A stretch of DNA of 64,000 bases from an uncultured Pelagibacteraceae bacterium (GCA_902523495.1 CABYZU010000003.1:1036-65035); one strand, 5' to 3'. Positions 38,722-49,219 are shown, counted from the first letter of the stretch. Made by a program: numbers and translations. The notes: generated by a model not told the origin, from the letters alone.

Positions 38722-39942
38722 ATGGCTGAAAGCAGAGATGATTTTATAATAGCAATTAGATCTGCTTTTTTAAAAAAAAGTACTAAACAAAAATTTTCCT
38801 TATTAACTCTAGTATTTTTTTCAATTTTTATAATTGTTTTATCAAATTTTAAATTTAAGGCAATAATCGTAACGAAGTCAGTTATAAAAGAAATTGTTTA
38901 TAGGTCTTCCTTTATAGTTTCAATCCCAGAAAATTTTATCAAATCTTCTTATTTAAATCTAAATGAATATAGCAATTTTTATAAAGAGTTTAAAAAAATC
39001 GAAGAAGAATTAGATCAATTAAAATCTGAAAATATTTCAACAAAAATTATTAAAAGTGAAAATGAGGAACTTAAAAGTCTTATTGATGGTTATAGCTTTA
39101 CTTCAGATAAGATTTTAGCAAAAGTAATTGTAGATCACGAAAGTCCTTTCCTAAGATCAATTATAATAAATAAAGGAAGCAAGGAAAAAATAAAGATAGG
39201 AACAAATATTTATGATCGAAGCTATCTTGTGGGACGGGTGATAGAAGTAAATTTTACAAATTCAAGAGTATTGTTATTAACTGATTTAAATTCAAATATT
39301 CCGGTATCTATCACACCTGGAAATGTTCAAGCAATTGTTGTCGGTAATGGAGATAGAAAAGGTGAAATTAAATATATTAAAAACGATCTTGTAAAAGAAA
39401 TCAATGATAAAGGAATTGCATACACATCAGGAACTGGTTCGATTTTTAAAAGTGGTATTCCTGTCGGGACGGTTGATTTAAAAAATGAAAATAAAAAAAT
39501 TTTTATTAACTTTTACAGTGATTTTACTCAATTAAAATATGTTTTTGCAGAGATCGATGAACCAATTGTGGCACCTGTTATAACTGAAGAAAATGACCAA
39601 TCAAAAAGCTCTTCAAATACTGAACAAATAAAATTAGACCTGATAAGCGATGAATTGCAAATTCTAGAAGAAAGTAACACCAAATTTCTGATGGAGAACA
39701 AAGAATTAAATACTTTGCGCAATGAACTAACTAAACAAATTGAGATACTAAAAGCAGAAAATGAATTTCAAAAAAATGTTATTCAACAGCACGATTTAAA
39801 TCAGGAAGAGTTAGAATTTTTAAGATTAAATTTAATTTATAGCGCAAAGTGTCAATCAAAAAAACTCTTTAGTACTGGTTTTAAAGTAGGCACTCCAGAG
39901 TATAAAGAGTGCATTATGCGAAAAGGAAAGAAAAGTGATTAA
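38722..39942 (+). CDS. mreC: Rod shape-determining protein MreC with C-terminal extension
   Basis: TM plus coiled coil, IIINKGS, LVGRV, SRVLLLTD, TSGTGSIFKSGIPVG. Confidence 0.92.
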   Translation: MAESRDDFIIAIRSAFLKKSTKQKFSLLTLVFFSIFIIVLSNFKFKAIIVTKSVIKEIVYRSSFIVSIPENFIKSSYLNLNEYSNFYKEFKKIEEELDQLKSENISTKIIKSENEELKSLIDGYSFTSDKILAKVIVDHESPFLRSIIINKGSKEKIKIGTNIYDRSYLVGRVIEVNFTNSRVLLLTDLNSNIPVSITPGNVQAIVVGNGDRKGEIKYIKNDLVKEINDKGIAYTSGTGSIFKSGIPVGTVDLKNENKKIFINFYSDFTQLKYVFAEIDEPIVAPVITEENDQSKSSSNTEQIKLDLISDELQILEESNTKFLMENKELNTLRNELTKQIEILKAENEFQKNVIQQHDLNQEELEFLRLNLIYSAKCQSKKLFSTGFKVGTPEYKECIMRKGKKSD

Positions 39943-40441
39943 ATTTCAAAAGAAAAATTTGTTATATAAGATATATACTTGGCTACCAATTCTTGCTTTA
40001 TATATGTCCGTATTTAACGAATTTGATTTCAATTACTTAAACATTGATTACTTTTCATTTAATTTTCCTTTTATATTAATTTTTTATTTTGCTCTAAAAG
40101 CATACCAGCGATTTGATTATTTATTAGTTTTTTTAGCAGGGCTATTTAATGATACTGTTGTTGGTTTACCACTTGGCATAAGTTCTTTATCATACATCTT
40201 GATTTGTATATTTGCTACTTACTTGCGAAATATAACAATTAGTCCAAATTTAATTAAAGATTGGTTCTATTTTTTGTTTATAATTAGTTTGATTAACTCA
40301 ATTAATTTTTCAGTTTTATTTTTATTTTTTTCTTATGAATTAGATATTACACTTTTCATTGTTAATAATTTTTTTACATTTTTATTTTACATAATATTTT
40401 CAATCTTTTTTAAGAGGTATTTAAAAAGTTTAGATGATTAA
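39935..40441 (+). CDS. mreD: Rod shape-determining protein MreD
   Basis: Hydrophobic, FLAGLFNDTVVGLPLG; between mreC and mrdA. Confidence 0.85.
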   Translation: MIKFQKKNLLYKIYTWLPILALYMSVFNEFDFNYLNIDYFSFNFPFILIFYFALKAYQRFDYLLVFLAGLFNDTVVGLPLGISSLSYILICIFATYLRNITISPNLIKDWFYFLFIISLINSINFSVLFLFFSYELDITLFIVNNFFTFLFYIIFSIFFKRYLKSLDD

Positions 40442-42308
40442 TATAAGTGATAGCGCAACTAAATTAAATTCATTAAATCGAAGAATGTTTATTCTTGCGA
40501 CAGCTAAAATCATTATTTTAGGTGGAATAGTTAGTAGATTATTTTTTTTACAAGTTAAAGAGAATAAAAAATACCTAACGCTGTCTGATAAAAATAGAAT
40601 TAGAGAATGGAAATTGCCTCCTATCAGAGGTGAATTTCAAGACTATTTTGGAAACACTATTGCTGGAAACTTTGAGGCTTACCAGCTTCATATCATACCA
40701 GAAGAAGTGGAGGATTTTAGATATGTAATTTATCGAATTAAAGGATTATTAGAATTAAGTGAAAAACAATTTAAAAAAATTATAAAAAAAAAGAATGAAA
40801 TAAAACCATGGGAAACACTAATTGTAGCAGATAACTTAAGTTGGGAAAAATTTTCAAAAATAAATAATCACCTTTATGACCTTAATGGAGTTAAACCAGT
40901 TATTTCAATATCAAGAGATTATCCGTATAAAGAAAATTTTACTCATGTTCTAGGCTATGTTAGTCAGGCAAATGAAAATGACCTTTTATCAAATGAAAAT
41001 ATAAAAGAAAGATTTGTACCTGGGTTAAAAGTCGGAAAAACAGGTTTAGAAAAATCATTTGAAAAGAAATTAATTGGATCAAATTCCGTAGAGCGATATG
41101 AAGTTAATGCTTACGGTCGAAGGATTAGTCAATTAGCATTTCAAAAAGGAGACAAGGGAGAAACAATTAAACTTACAATAGATACAAAAATTCAAGAACT
41201 AACTAATGAACTACTTAAAGAAAAATCGGGATCTATATGCGTAATGGATATTTATACAGGTGCAATAATTGCAATGCATTCTTCTCCATCTTTTAATCCT
41301 AATTCATTCGTGTTCGGAATAAGTCAAGATGAGTGGCAACTTATAAGAAACAATCCGATGAAACCATTAGTTAACAAATCATTATCAGGAAATTATTCTC
41401 CAGGATCAACGATAAAACCTTTAGTTGCCTTATCAGCTTTAGAAAATGAAATTATTAATCCAGATTTTACAGTCCATTGCAAAGGACATAAAAATCCATT
41501 GGAATTATACGGTCAAACTTATCATTGTTGGAAAAAAGAAGGACATGGATTTGTAAATTTGAGAGAAGGTATGAAACAATCTTGTGATATATATTTTTAT
41601 GAAGTCGCAAGACGATTAGGTGTAGATAGGCTAAGTGTTACTGCAAAAAAATTTGGCTTAGGAAAAAAAGTTTTTGGAGATATATTTGATAATGAAAAAG
41701 AGGGTTTAGTTCCTAATACAGAATGGAAAAAAAATGCATTAGGAAGAAATTGGGTACTTGGTGAAACAATAATTACTGGTATTGGCCAAGGATTTATTCA
41801 AACAACTCCAATACAATTATGTTTGATGACTGCTCAAATAGCTAATGGTGGATACAAAATTTATCCTAAAATAGTGGCAAATGATGACAATCAACATGCA
41901 GATAAGTTTACGCCATTATATAAAAAGTCTCGAAATATTAAGATTGTTCAAGATGCAATGTTTAGTTCAACTAATGAAGTGAGAGGAACTTCTTACAGAT
42001 CTCGATTGGATAATCCTAAATATCAATTTGCCGGAAAAACTGGAACCTCACAGGTGAAGAAAATTACTGAGAGAGATCGTGAATTAGATTTAAAAACATT
42101 TGAGATTCCCTATGAAGAGAGAGACCATGCTTTATATGTAGCTTTTGGGCCCTACAAAAATCCAAGATATGCGTTAAGTATAATTATAGAACATGGTGGT
42201 TCTGGTGGAACTGTTGCAGCTCCATTAGCAAAAGAATTATTTAAAACGATTATTGATAGACATGAAATTAGAAAAAATTACGATAACAAAAAATATTTGG
42301 ATATCTAA
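40434..42308 (+). CDS. mrdA: Penicillin-binding protein 2
   Basis: PGSTIK (SxxK), SCD, KTGTSQ; before rodA. Confidence 0.95.
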   Translation: MINISDSATKLNSLNRRMFILATAKIIILGGIVSRLFFLQVKENKKYLTLSDKNRIREWKLPPIRGEFQDYFGNTIAGNFEAYQLHIIPEEVEDFRYVIYRIKGLLELSEKQFKKIIKKKNEIKPWETLIVADNLSWEKFSKINNHLYDLNGVKPVISISRDYPYKENFTHVLGYVSQANENDLLSNENIKERFVPGLKVGKTGLEKSFEKKLIGSNSVERYEVNAYGRRISQLAFQKGDKGETIKLTIDTKIQELTNELLKEKSGSICVMDIYTGAIIAMHSSPSFNPNSFVFGISQDEWQLIRNNPMKPLVNKSLSGNYSPGSTIKPLVALSALENEIINPDFTVHCKGHKNPLELYGQTYHCWKKEGHGFVNLREGMKQSCDIYFYEVARRLGVDRLSVTAKKFGLGKKVFGDIFDNEKEGLVPNTEWKKNALGRNWVLGETIITGIGQGFIQTTPIQLCLMTAQIANGGYKIYPKIVANDDNQHADKFTPLYKKSRNIKIVQDAMFSSTNEVRGTSYRSRLDNPKYQFAGKTGTSQVKKITERDRELDLKTFEIPYEERDHALYVAFGPYKNPRYALSIIIEHGGSGGTVAAPLAKELFKTIIDRHEIRKNYDNKKYLDI

Positions 42309-43432
42309 TGTACCAATACAGAAGATTTAACAACAAAAATAGTTTTTTCCAAAAATTTGGAAATTTAGATTATATACTTTTATCATGTCTTCTTATTCTT
42401 GGACTAATTAGTCTCGCAACCATGTACTCTACTGACGGTGGTGAAATTTTATTCCATACAAGAAGCCACTTTATCAAATTTGTCGTTTTCTTCTTAATGA
42501 TGATTGTGATTTCCTTTATTAACATTAAATTTTGGTTCTCCCTTGGTTACTTGTCTTATGCAATTATTTTAGGAATGCTGATTTGGACTATAAATTTTGG
42601 TATTACGGCATCAGGATCTAAAAGATGGATTGACCTTTATTTTTTGAACCTCCAACCATCTGAATTGATGAAAATTTTTATTATTTTATGTCTAGCAAAA
42701 TATTTTCATAGAATGAAATCTCAACATGTTAACTCATTTTATAGTATTTGTTTTTCCTTGATAATCATATTCGTCCCAATGAGTTTAGTAATTATACAAC
42801 CAGATTTAGGTACATCATTACTTATCGCAGTAAGTGGTATAGTTGTATTGTGGTTTGCTGGATTAAATCATAAATATTTTTTTTATTCTTGTTTATTATC
42901 AATAATTTCATTACCAATTATTATTTCTTTTCTAAAACCTTATCAAAAACTTAGAGTGTTAACTTTTCTTAATCCTGATAGAGATCCCTTGGGGGCTGGC
43001 TATCAGATTATTCAATCAAAAATAGCTGTAGGTTCAGGTGGTATTACAGGAAAGGGTTTTTTAAAAGGAACACAAAGTTATTTAGAATTTTTACCAGAAA
43101 AACATACAGATTTTATATTTACATTATTCTCAGAGGAGTTTGGTTTTATTGGTTCAATTGTATTACTTTTAATCTATGCGATAATTATATATCGAGTCAT
43201 AAGAATTGGTGCACTTTCGAGAAGTTATTTTGCAAAATTATTCTGTTATAGTTTTGGAACATCAATTTTTATATATATAGTTATAAATATGAGTATGGTT
43301 TTGGGTTTAGTTCCTATTGTTGGCTCACCCTTACCTATAATGTCTTATGGTGGTTCATCAATGTTGGCAACGATGATAGGGTTTGGAATTGTGATGAGTG
43401 CCAAAACTCATAGTCAACAATCTATCGCATAA
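42308..43432 (+). CDS. rodA: SEDS protein RodA
   Basis: LQPSELMK, QPDLGT, PEKHTDFIF, SYGGSS. Confidence 0.96.
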   Translation: MYQYRRFNNKNSFFQKFGNLDYILLSCLLILGLISLATMYSTDGGEILFHTRSHFIKFVVFFLMMIVISFINIKFWFSLGYLSYAIILGMLIWTINFGITASGSKRWIDLYFLNLQPSELMKIFIILCLAKYFHRMKSQHVNSFYSICFSLIIIFVPMSLVIIQPDLGTSLLIAVSGIVVLWFAGLNHKYFFYSCLLSIISLPIIISFLKPYQKLRVLTFLNPDRDPLGAGYQIIQSKIAVGSGGITGKGFLKGTQSYLEFLPEKHTDFIFTLFSEEFGFIGSIVLLLIYAIIIYRVIRIGALSRSYFAKLFCYSFGTSIFIYIVINMSMVLGLVPIVGSPLPIMSYGGSSMLATMIGFGIVMSAKTHSQQSIA

Positions 43433-43482
43433 GTATAATTTGTCGCTTAATTAGATTCAAAATTTCATTATATAATCATTAA

Positions 43483-44724
43483 ATGAATAATAAACTTAAA
43501 ATTGGAATAGTTGGAGCTGGTATTCAAGGTATTTCAAATGCATTATTTTTACAAAAAAAAGGTTTTGAAGTAACTATATTCGATAGAGATAATCCTGGTA
43601 GCCCAGCAGCATCATATGGAAATGCCGGTCATTTTTCACCTTACGCTTCTCTATCTTTAAATAGAACTGATGTTTTAACAGATGTGCCAGCTATGCTGTT
43701 GAGCTCAACAGGACCGCTGGCGCTCAAATGGAATTATATACCAAAAATGATTCCTTGGTTTGTAAAATTTATATTAAATACTTCTAAAAATAAAATGATG
43801 CATACTGCAAAAAACATGCATCAAATTTTAGACTTAGCATTACCTGCGTACGACGAATTATTTGGTGAAATAGATCTCGATGGTTTGGTAGAAAATAAAG
43901 GTATACTTTATATTTGGAACGATAAGGACTTAAAGAGCAGAGAATTAGAAATAAATGTAAGAAATGAATTAGGAGTTCATCAACAGCTTGTAAATAAAAA
44001 AGAAATTCATGATCTAGAACCTAATTTGAAACCTTTTTATCATGCAGGTGTATATTATCCATATGCTAGACATGCAAGAAACCCAAAGAAGATACTCCTG
44101 AAATTTTTTGAGTTATTTTTAAAAAAAGGAGGAAAATTTGAAAAACTGGATATTAAAAACATTGAATTTAAAGAAAAACTACCAATATTAAAGTCTGAAA
44201 CAGAGCGATTCGTTTTTGATAAAGTCGTGATAGCTTGTGGAGCATTCTCAAAAAAATTAACTGACAATTTAAATGAAAAAATTCCTTTAGATACTGAACG
44301 TGGTTATCATGTACATTTTAAGAACTGCGATCACCTTTTACAAAGACCAGTAATTTTTTCTAATAGGGGTTTTGGAGTTACCCCAATGGAACAAGGACTA
44401 AGAGTAGTTGGTACGGTAGAATTTGGTGGTTTGAAGAATCCTCTTTCAAAATCTCGTATAAAGAATTTAATTAATAACGCTAAATATATGCTTGGAGATC
44501 TACCTGACCATGAGGATGAGTGGTTAGGATTTAGACCGACTTTACCAGATTTTTTACCAGTAATGGGTCCATCAAAAAATCATAAAAATGTTTTTTATTG
44601 TTTTGGGCACCATCATTTGGGATGGACATTGGGACCAATATCTGGGAAAATTGTTTCTGGAATGATAGCTAAAGAAAATACAAATTTAAACCTAGATCCT
44701 TATAGCTCAGCAAGATTCAGTTAA
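43483..44724 (+). CDS. FAD-dependent D-amino acid dehydrogenase-like oxidoreductase (DadA family)
   Basis: GAGIQG, ASYGNAG, WLGFRP, FGHHHLGWT. Confidence 0.85.
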   Translation: MNNKLKIGIVGAGIQGISNALFLQKKGFEVTIFDRDNPGSPAASYGNAGHFSPYASLSLNRTDVLTDVPAMLLSSTGPLALKWNYIPKMIPWFVKFILNTSKNKMMHTAKNMHQILDLALPAYDELFGEIDLDGLVENKGILYIWNDKDLKSRELEINVRNELGVHQQLVNKKEIHDLEPNLKPFYHAGVYYPYARHARNPKKILLKFFELFLKKGGKFEKLDIKNIEFKEKLPILKSETERFVFDKVVIACGAFSKKLTDNLNEKIPLDTERGYHVHFKNCDHLLQRPVIFSNRGFGVTPMEQGLRVVGTVEFGGLKNPLSKSRIKNLINNAKYMLGDLPDHEDEWLGFRPTLPDFLPVMGPSKNHKNVFYCFGHHHLGWTLGPISGKIVSGMIAKENTNLNLDPYSSARFS

Positions 44725-44727
44725 ATT

Positions 44728-45621
44728 ATGCAAAATACCAAAGCATATTTAATGCTGGTATTTGCTACATTATTTTGGGCAGGTAACTTTACATTAGGAA
44801 AGTTTGCTTATTTAGAAAATATACCTCCAAACTCACTTGCATTTTTAAGATGGTGCCTAGTGTGGATAATATTATTTCCTTTCACTTATAAAGAGACTTT
44901 AAAATTAAAGAGTCAAATTTTAAGAAATTCATCATTATTTGTTATTCTGGGCTCTACTAGTGTATGTATATTTACTTCGTTTACTTACAATGCTTTAAAT
45001 TATACCCAGGTAATCAATGCATCACTTTTTAATACCGCAATACCTGTAACAATAATTTTAGTTTGTTTTTTATTAAAAATTGAGAAAACAAATATTTTTC
45101 AATTATCTGGATTATTAATCTCAGTGTTTGGAATTCTAGCTATTATCACGAGACTTGATCTTAATATTTTGGTTACTTTAAATTTTAATAAAGGAGATTT
45201 ATTTATGGTTGGAGCAATAATTGCTTGGGGAGTATATTCAGCATATTTGAAAAAAAGAACTTTTAAAATCTCTTTACTTACTCTTGTCCACATAATTTGT
45301 TCATTTGGGTTAATTTTTCTTTTACCACTATTTATTTTAGATATAGCACAGGGAAAAGTCATTGAGATAAGTGGTAATCTTTTTTATATTTTGGTTTATT
45401 TCGCAATATTTCCAAGTATTGGATCTTATTATTGTTGGGCTGGGGCAGTTTCTATCATTGGAGCAAATAGAGCTGGTATATTTTTATCTTTAATTCCATT
45501 ATTCAGCACAATAATGGCAATATTCTTTTATAATGAACAATTTCAATTTTTTCACTTGATTGGTGCAATTTTAATTATATTAGGTTTATTCTTATCAAAT
45601 AAGGAAATAAAAAATGCTTAA
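44728..45621 (+). CDS. DMT/EamA family transporter
   Basis: Two EamA-type halves; LFWAGNF, IGANRAG. Confidence 0.88.
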   Translation: MQNTKAYLMLVFATLFWAGNFTLGKFAYLENIPPNSLAFLRWCLVWIILFPFTYKETLKLKSQILRNSSLFVILGSTSVCIFTSFTYNALNYTQVINASLFNTAIPVTIILVCFLLKIEKTNIFQLSGLLISVFGILAIITRLDLNILVTLNFNKGDLFMVGAIIAWGVYSAYLKKRTFKISLLTLVHIICSFGLIFLLPLFILDIAQGKVIEISGNLFYILVYFAIFPSIGSYYCWAGAVSIIGANRAGIFLSLIPLFSTIMAIFFYNEQFQFFHLIGAILIILGLFLSNKEIKNA

Positions 45622-46564
45622 AGTTGCAATTCTAGACGATTATCAAAATGTTTCTCAACAATTCGTTGATCTTGAAAAACTAGCAGGCAAATACGAAATT
45701 AAAATATTTAGTGAGCCATTTGAGGATGAAGCCGATGCTCTTGATAAACTAGCTGACTTTGAGGCTTTATTGATCATGAGAGAAAGAACTCCAATTACAA
45801 AAAATTTATTAGAAAATTTGACTAAGTTAAAATTTATAATTACTAGCGGATTAAGAAACAAATCAATTGATCTTGAAACTGCAAAAAAAAAAAAGATTAT
45901 TATAAGTGGTACCGATAGCAATCTAAATCCAACGCCTGAATTAACTTGGGCTTTAATACTTGGATTGGCTAGAAATCTTAAAGAAGAAATAGATAATATG
46001 TACCAAGGGTATTGGCAAACTACTGTTGGAGTGGAGCTGAAAGGAAAAATACTTGGTTTAATTGGTCTTGGTAAAGTTGGATCTCAAGTTGCAAAAATTG
46101 GTAAAGCATTTGGTATGCAAGTGATGGCATGGAGTGAAAATTTAAATTTAGACACGTGTAAAGAATTAGATGTTTTACCCTCTAGCAAAGAAGATTTAAT
46201 AAAAAACTCAGACTTTATTTCTATACACGTTCAAGGTGGTGAGAGATATAAAAATTGTATTACATTGAAGGAAATGGATAAGATGAAAAAAACAGCATTT
46301 CTTATTAACACCTCCAGAGGCACAATAGTTAGTGAAGATGATTTGATTATTGCATTATCAACTAATGAAATTGCAGGAGCTGGACTAGATGTTTATCAAA
46401 AAGAGCCTTTACCAGAAAATAATAAATTAAGATTTTTGCCCAATGTATTATTGACACCTCACATTGGATATGTAACAGCTGAAAATTATCACATTTATTA
46501 CAGTCAAATGATCGAGTCTCTTGAGGCGTGTGTGAACGGAAAACCAATTCGTATTATTGAATAA
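45614..46564 (+). CDS. D-isomer-specific 2-hydroxyacid dehydrogenase
   Basis: ILDDYQ, MRERT, GLGKVG, INTSRG, LDVY, TPHIGY. Confidence 0.9.
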   Translation: MLKVAILDDYQNVSQQFVDLEKLAGKYEIKIFSEPFEDEADALDKLADFEALLIMRERTPITKNLLENLTKLKFIITSGLRNKSIDLETAKKKKIIISGTDSNLNPTPELTWALILGLARNLKEEIDNMYQGYWQTTVGVELKGKILGLIGLGKVGSQVAKIGKAFGMQVMAWSENLNLDTCKELDVLPSSKEDLIKNSDFISIHVQGGERYKNCITLKEMDKMKKTAFLINTSRGTIVSEDDLIIALSTNEIAGAGLDVYQKEPLPENNKLRFLPNVLLTPHIGYVTAENYHIYYSQMIESLEACVNGKPIRIIE

Positions 46565-46566
46565 TT

Positions 46567-47460
46567 ATGGAACTACCAGTTGTTAATCATAAGGATTATT
46601 TTGCAAAGATTGGTGATGACCATAAATTTCCAATAAATAAATTTGGAGATTTGGCAGATTATTTAATTGAGAAAAAAATAGTAAAAAAATTTCATAAACC
46701 CTATCCGTGTTCTCAAGAAACCCTGCAAAGAGCACATTCTGAAAAATATATCAAAGATATTACAAATAAAACTTTGAATGAAAATGAAGTAAAAAAAATA
46801 GGCTTCCCCTTAATCGATAGTGTTATAAAAAGATCTTTTATTGCAACTGGTGGCACAGTATTGGCTTCTAAGCTGGCAATTAATACCGGTATAGCTTGCA
46901 ATACTGCCGGTGGTAGTCATCATGCAAATTATAATAGTGGAGCAGGTTATTGTGTTTTCAATGATGTTGCCGTCGCATCAAAATATTTATTAGAAAAAGG
47001 GCTAGCTGGAAAAATTTTAATTTTAGATTTAGATGTTCATCAGGGTAATGGAAATTCTGACATATTTAAAAACAACAGAAATGTATTTACTTTTAGCATG
47101 CATTCAAAATCAAATTATCCTGTAAAAAAATCAATTAGCGACTGTGATGTGGAGCTTGAAAATGATCTTGAGGATAAAGAATATATAGAAATATTAAAAT
47201 CAAATTTAAATAAATTAAATCAAGAAAATTTTGATTTTGTTTTTTATATTGCAGGAGTTGATATTCATTTTAACGATCGGTTAGGTAGATTAAAGATTTC
47301 AGATGAAGGGATTAAGAAAAGAGATGAGATTGTTACAGAAAATTTTTTTTCTAAAGAAATTCCACTCTGTGGAGTTTTAGGGGGTGGTTACAATAAAGAT
47401 ATTGCTAAACTTGTTGAATTACATTCTTTTTTACATCAATCGTGTGCTAAATTATTATAA
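46567..47460 (+). CDS. Histone deacetylase-family Zn-dependent hydrolase
   Basis: GGSHHA, GYCVFND, DLDVHQGNG, GGGY. Confidence 0.92.
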   Translation: MELPVVNHKDYFAKIGDDHKFPINKFGDLADYLIEKKIVKKFHKPYPCSQETLQRAHSEKYIKDITNKTLNENEVKKIGFPLIDSVIKRSFIATGGTVLASKLAINTGIACNTAGGSHHANYNSGAGYCVFNDVAVASKYLLEKGLAGKILILDLDVHQGNGNSDIFKNNRNVFTFSMHSKSNYPVKKSISDCDVELENDLEDKEYIEILKSNLNKLNQENFDFVFYIAGVDIHFNDRLGRLKISDEGIKKRDEIVTENFFSKEIPLCGVLGGGYNKDIAKLVELHSFLHQSCAKLL

Positions 47461-47463
47461 TAA

Positions 47464-47832
47464 ATGAATAAAAAAAATCCTAATCTTTCAGCTGAACAGA
47501 AGTTAATAATGTTTGAGGAGGGCACAGAGTTACCGGGTTCAAGTGAATTGAATAATGAAAAGCGAGATGGATATTATCATTGTGCTAATTGCGGAATAAA
47601 ATTATTTGAATCTAAAGCTAAATATGAAAGTGGATCAGGTTGGCCATCATTCTATCAATCATTACCAAATGTTTTTGAAACTAAAACGGATCATTTATTA
47701 GGTTATGCACGTACCGAATATCATTGTAAAAATTGCGATGCACATCACGGTCATATCTTTGATGATGGACCACGTCCAACTGGTAAAAGATATTGTAATA
47801 ATGGTGTTTGTTTAACCTTTAAAGCTAAATAA
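47464..47832 (+). CDS. msrB: Peptide-methionine (R)-S-oxide reductase
   Basis: KYESGSGWPSF, GHIFDDGP, RYCNN. Confidence 0.95.
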   Translation: MNKKNPNLSAEQKLIMFEEGTELPGSSELNNEKRDGYYHCANCGIKLFESKAKYESGSGWPSFYQSLPNVFETKTDHLLGYARTEYHCKNCDAHHGHIFDDGPRPTGKRYCNNGVCLTFKAK

Positions 47833-47836
47833 AAAA

Positions 47837-48091
47837 TTATTTTAATAATTCTTTTAATTTATTTTCTTTTTCTAGTGCTCTAACTTCATCATAACCTCCG
47901 ATGTGTTGATCATCAAAAAATATTTGTGGAATCGTTCTTTTTCCGTTAGCTTTCTTAATCATTTCATCCATTGCTCCATCGACATTAGCAATATTAATTT
48001 CGTTATAGGATGTATTATTTCTAATTAGTAATCTTTTTGCAGCCTCACAATAGTTGCACATTGGCCCAGTATAAATTGTTACTTTTTTCAT
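47837..48091 (-). CDS. grxC: Glutaredoxin 3
   Basis: CNYC, TIPQIF, IGGYD. Confidence 0.92.
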   Translation of the reverse strand: MKKVTIYTGPMCNYCEAAKRLLIRNNTSYNEINIANVDGAMDEMIKKANGKRTIPQIFFDDQHIGGYDEVRALEKENKLKELLK

Positions 48092-48094
48092 GAA

Positions 48095-48475
48095 TTAAAG
48101 ATAATCACCTTTTTTAATTTTGCTAGTAATTTGTTTTCTAGAATATTCAAACTTTTTTCTATGTTTAATGCTTTTTTGATTTACCCTTTTTCTCCAAAGT
48201 CTAAATGAAGAGGGCTTGATTGACCTTCTCATTATTTTGATAACATCAGATTCCTTGTATCCAGTTTTTTTTTCGATTTCTTCAAAAGTGATACGATCTG
48301 CCCAGGCAGCCCATATGACCCAATCTGGATCCTCAATATTTGGCTCAGGGTTCTTAATGCGAGTTATTGGCCTGTGACCTTTTTTTTTCATAAATCCTTT
48401 ATATTTCAAAAAAATCTTTAATGCATTTTTTTTTAGATCCTGATATAATGTTTCGTGATAGTCCTTCTTAGCCAT
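48095..48475 (-). CDS. TIGR03643/DUF2805-like protein (start either 48475 or 48391)
   Basis: WAAWADRITFEEI, VIKIMR, SSFRLWRKRV. Confidence 0.78.
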   Translation of the reverse strand: MAKKDYHETLYQDLKKNALKIFLKYKGFMKKKGHRPITRIKNPEPNIEDPDWVIWAAWADRITFEEIEKKTGYKESDVIKIMRRSIKPSSFRLWRKRVNQKSIKHRKKFEYSRKQITSKIKKGDYL

Positions 48476-48512
48476 CTTTAGCTCCCGGTTTTTAAGGACT
48501 ATCTTTTTTTTT
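48456..48512 (+). ncRNA. Candidate hairpin sRNA or cis-element upstream of lysE/rhtB
   Basis: TATAAT at 48444-48449; perfect 10-bp stem gatagtcctt/aaggactatc; 27-nt pyrimidine-rich loop; T9 tail. Confidence 0.55.
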
Positions 48513-48514
48513 AA

Positions 48515-49129
48515 ATGCTTCCCTTAGATTTTATTCTTTATTTACAAATTATCATTTTTTTATTTATTACTCCAGGTAGTCCAAGAATCGTAATTATCTC
48601 TTATTCAATGAATTATGGAGTTGGCAGATGTGTATGGTCTGCACTAGGGGATATATCTGCAAACTTAGTTCAAGCAACCTTAGTAATCTTTGTAATTGGA
48701 TCCTTTTTTTCAGAAAGCTCAATATTTTTAAATATTTTTAAATGGATAGGAATAATTTATTTATTATATCTTGCTTATGATATTTATAAGTCTAGACCTA
48801 ACGATATAAAAAATAAAATAGAGAGTAAAAAAAGCAACTTATCTTTTTTTAAAGATGGTTTTATTGTTGCAGGAACAAGTCCTAAAGCTTGGATGTTTTT
48901 TCCTTTTATATTTCCCCAATTTATAGATTTTAGCTCAAACTATTTAAGCCAATTTATAATATTAATTACAACTTATATTGTTTTAGATTTCTTATCTTTG
49001 ATCGGTTATGCAATTCTTGCTCAGAAGTTAGTAATATGGATAAAAGCAAATCCAAAAACAATAAATACAATCTCTGCGAGTGTTTTAGTGATTATAGCAT
49101 TAATAATTGTTGTTACCCAACAATATTAA
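48515..49129 (+). CDS. LysE/RhtB family amino acid exporter
   Basis: ITPGSP, KWIGIIYLLYLA, FKDGFIVAGTSPKAW, FPQF. Confidence 0.88.
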   Translation: MLPLDFILYLQIIIFLFITPGSPRIVIISYSMNYGVGRCVWSALGDISANLVQATLVIFVIGSFFSESSIFLNIFKWIGIIYLLYLAYDIYKSRPNDIKNKIESKKSNLSFFKDGFIVAGTSPKAWMFFPFIFPQFIDFSSNYLSQFIILITTYIVLDFLSLIGYAILAQKLVIWIKANPKTINTISASVLVIIALIIVVTQQY

Positions 49130-49219
49130 AATTATTGATCTGTAATTTTTGACACTTGCATTAGTGTGAATTTATTTATTAAATTAGATATTAATTAATT
49201 AATAACAGAAGGAAATAAA

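Noticed and set aside
38718-38729. 12-nt complementarity (one G.U) between the 48456-48512 hairpin loop and the mreC start region (aaagatggctga)
   Set aside because: Short match around a common ATG GCT context; cannot be told from chance without a genome-wide target analysis.
43683-43689. Isolated TGTGCCA inside the dadA-like gene
   Set aside because: Single copy in coding sequence with no tandem partner or att core; expected by chance.
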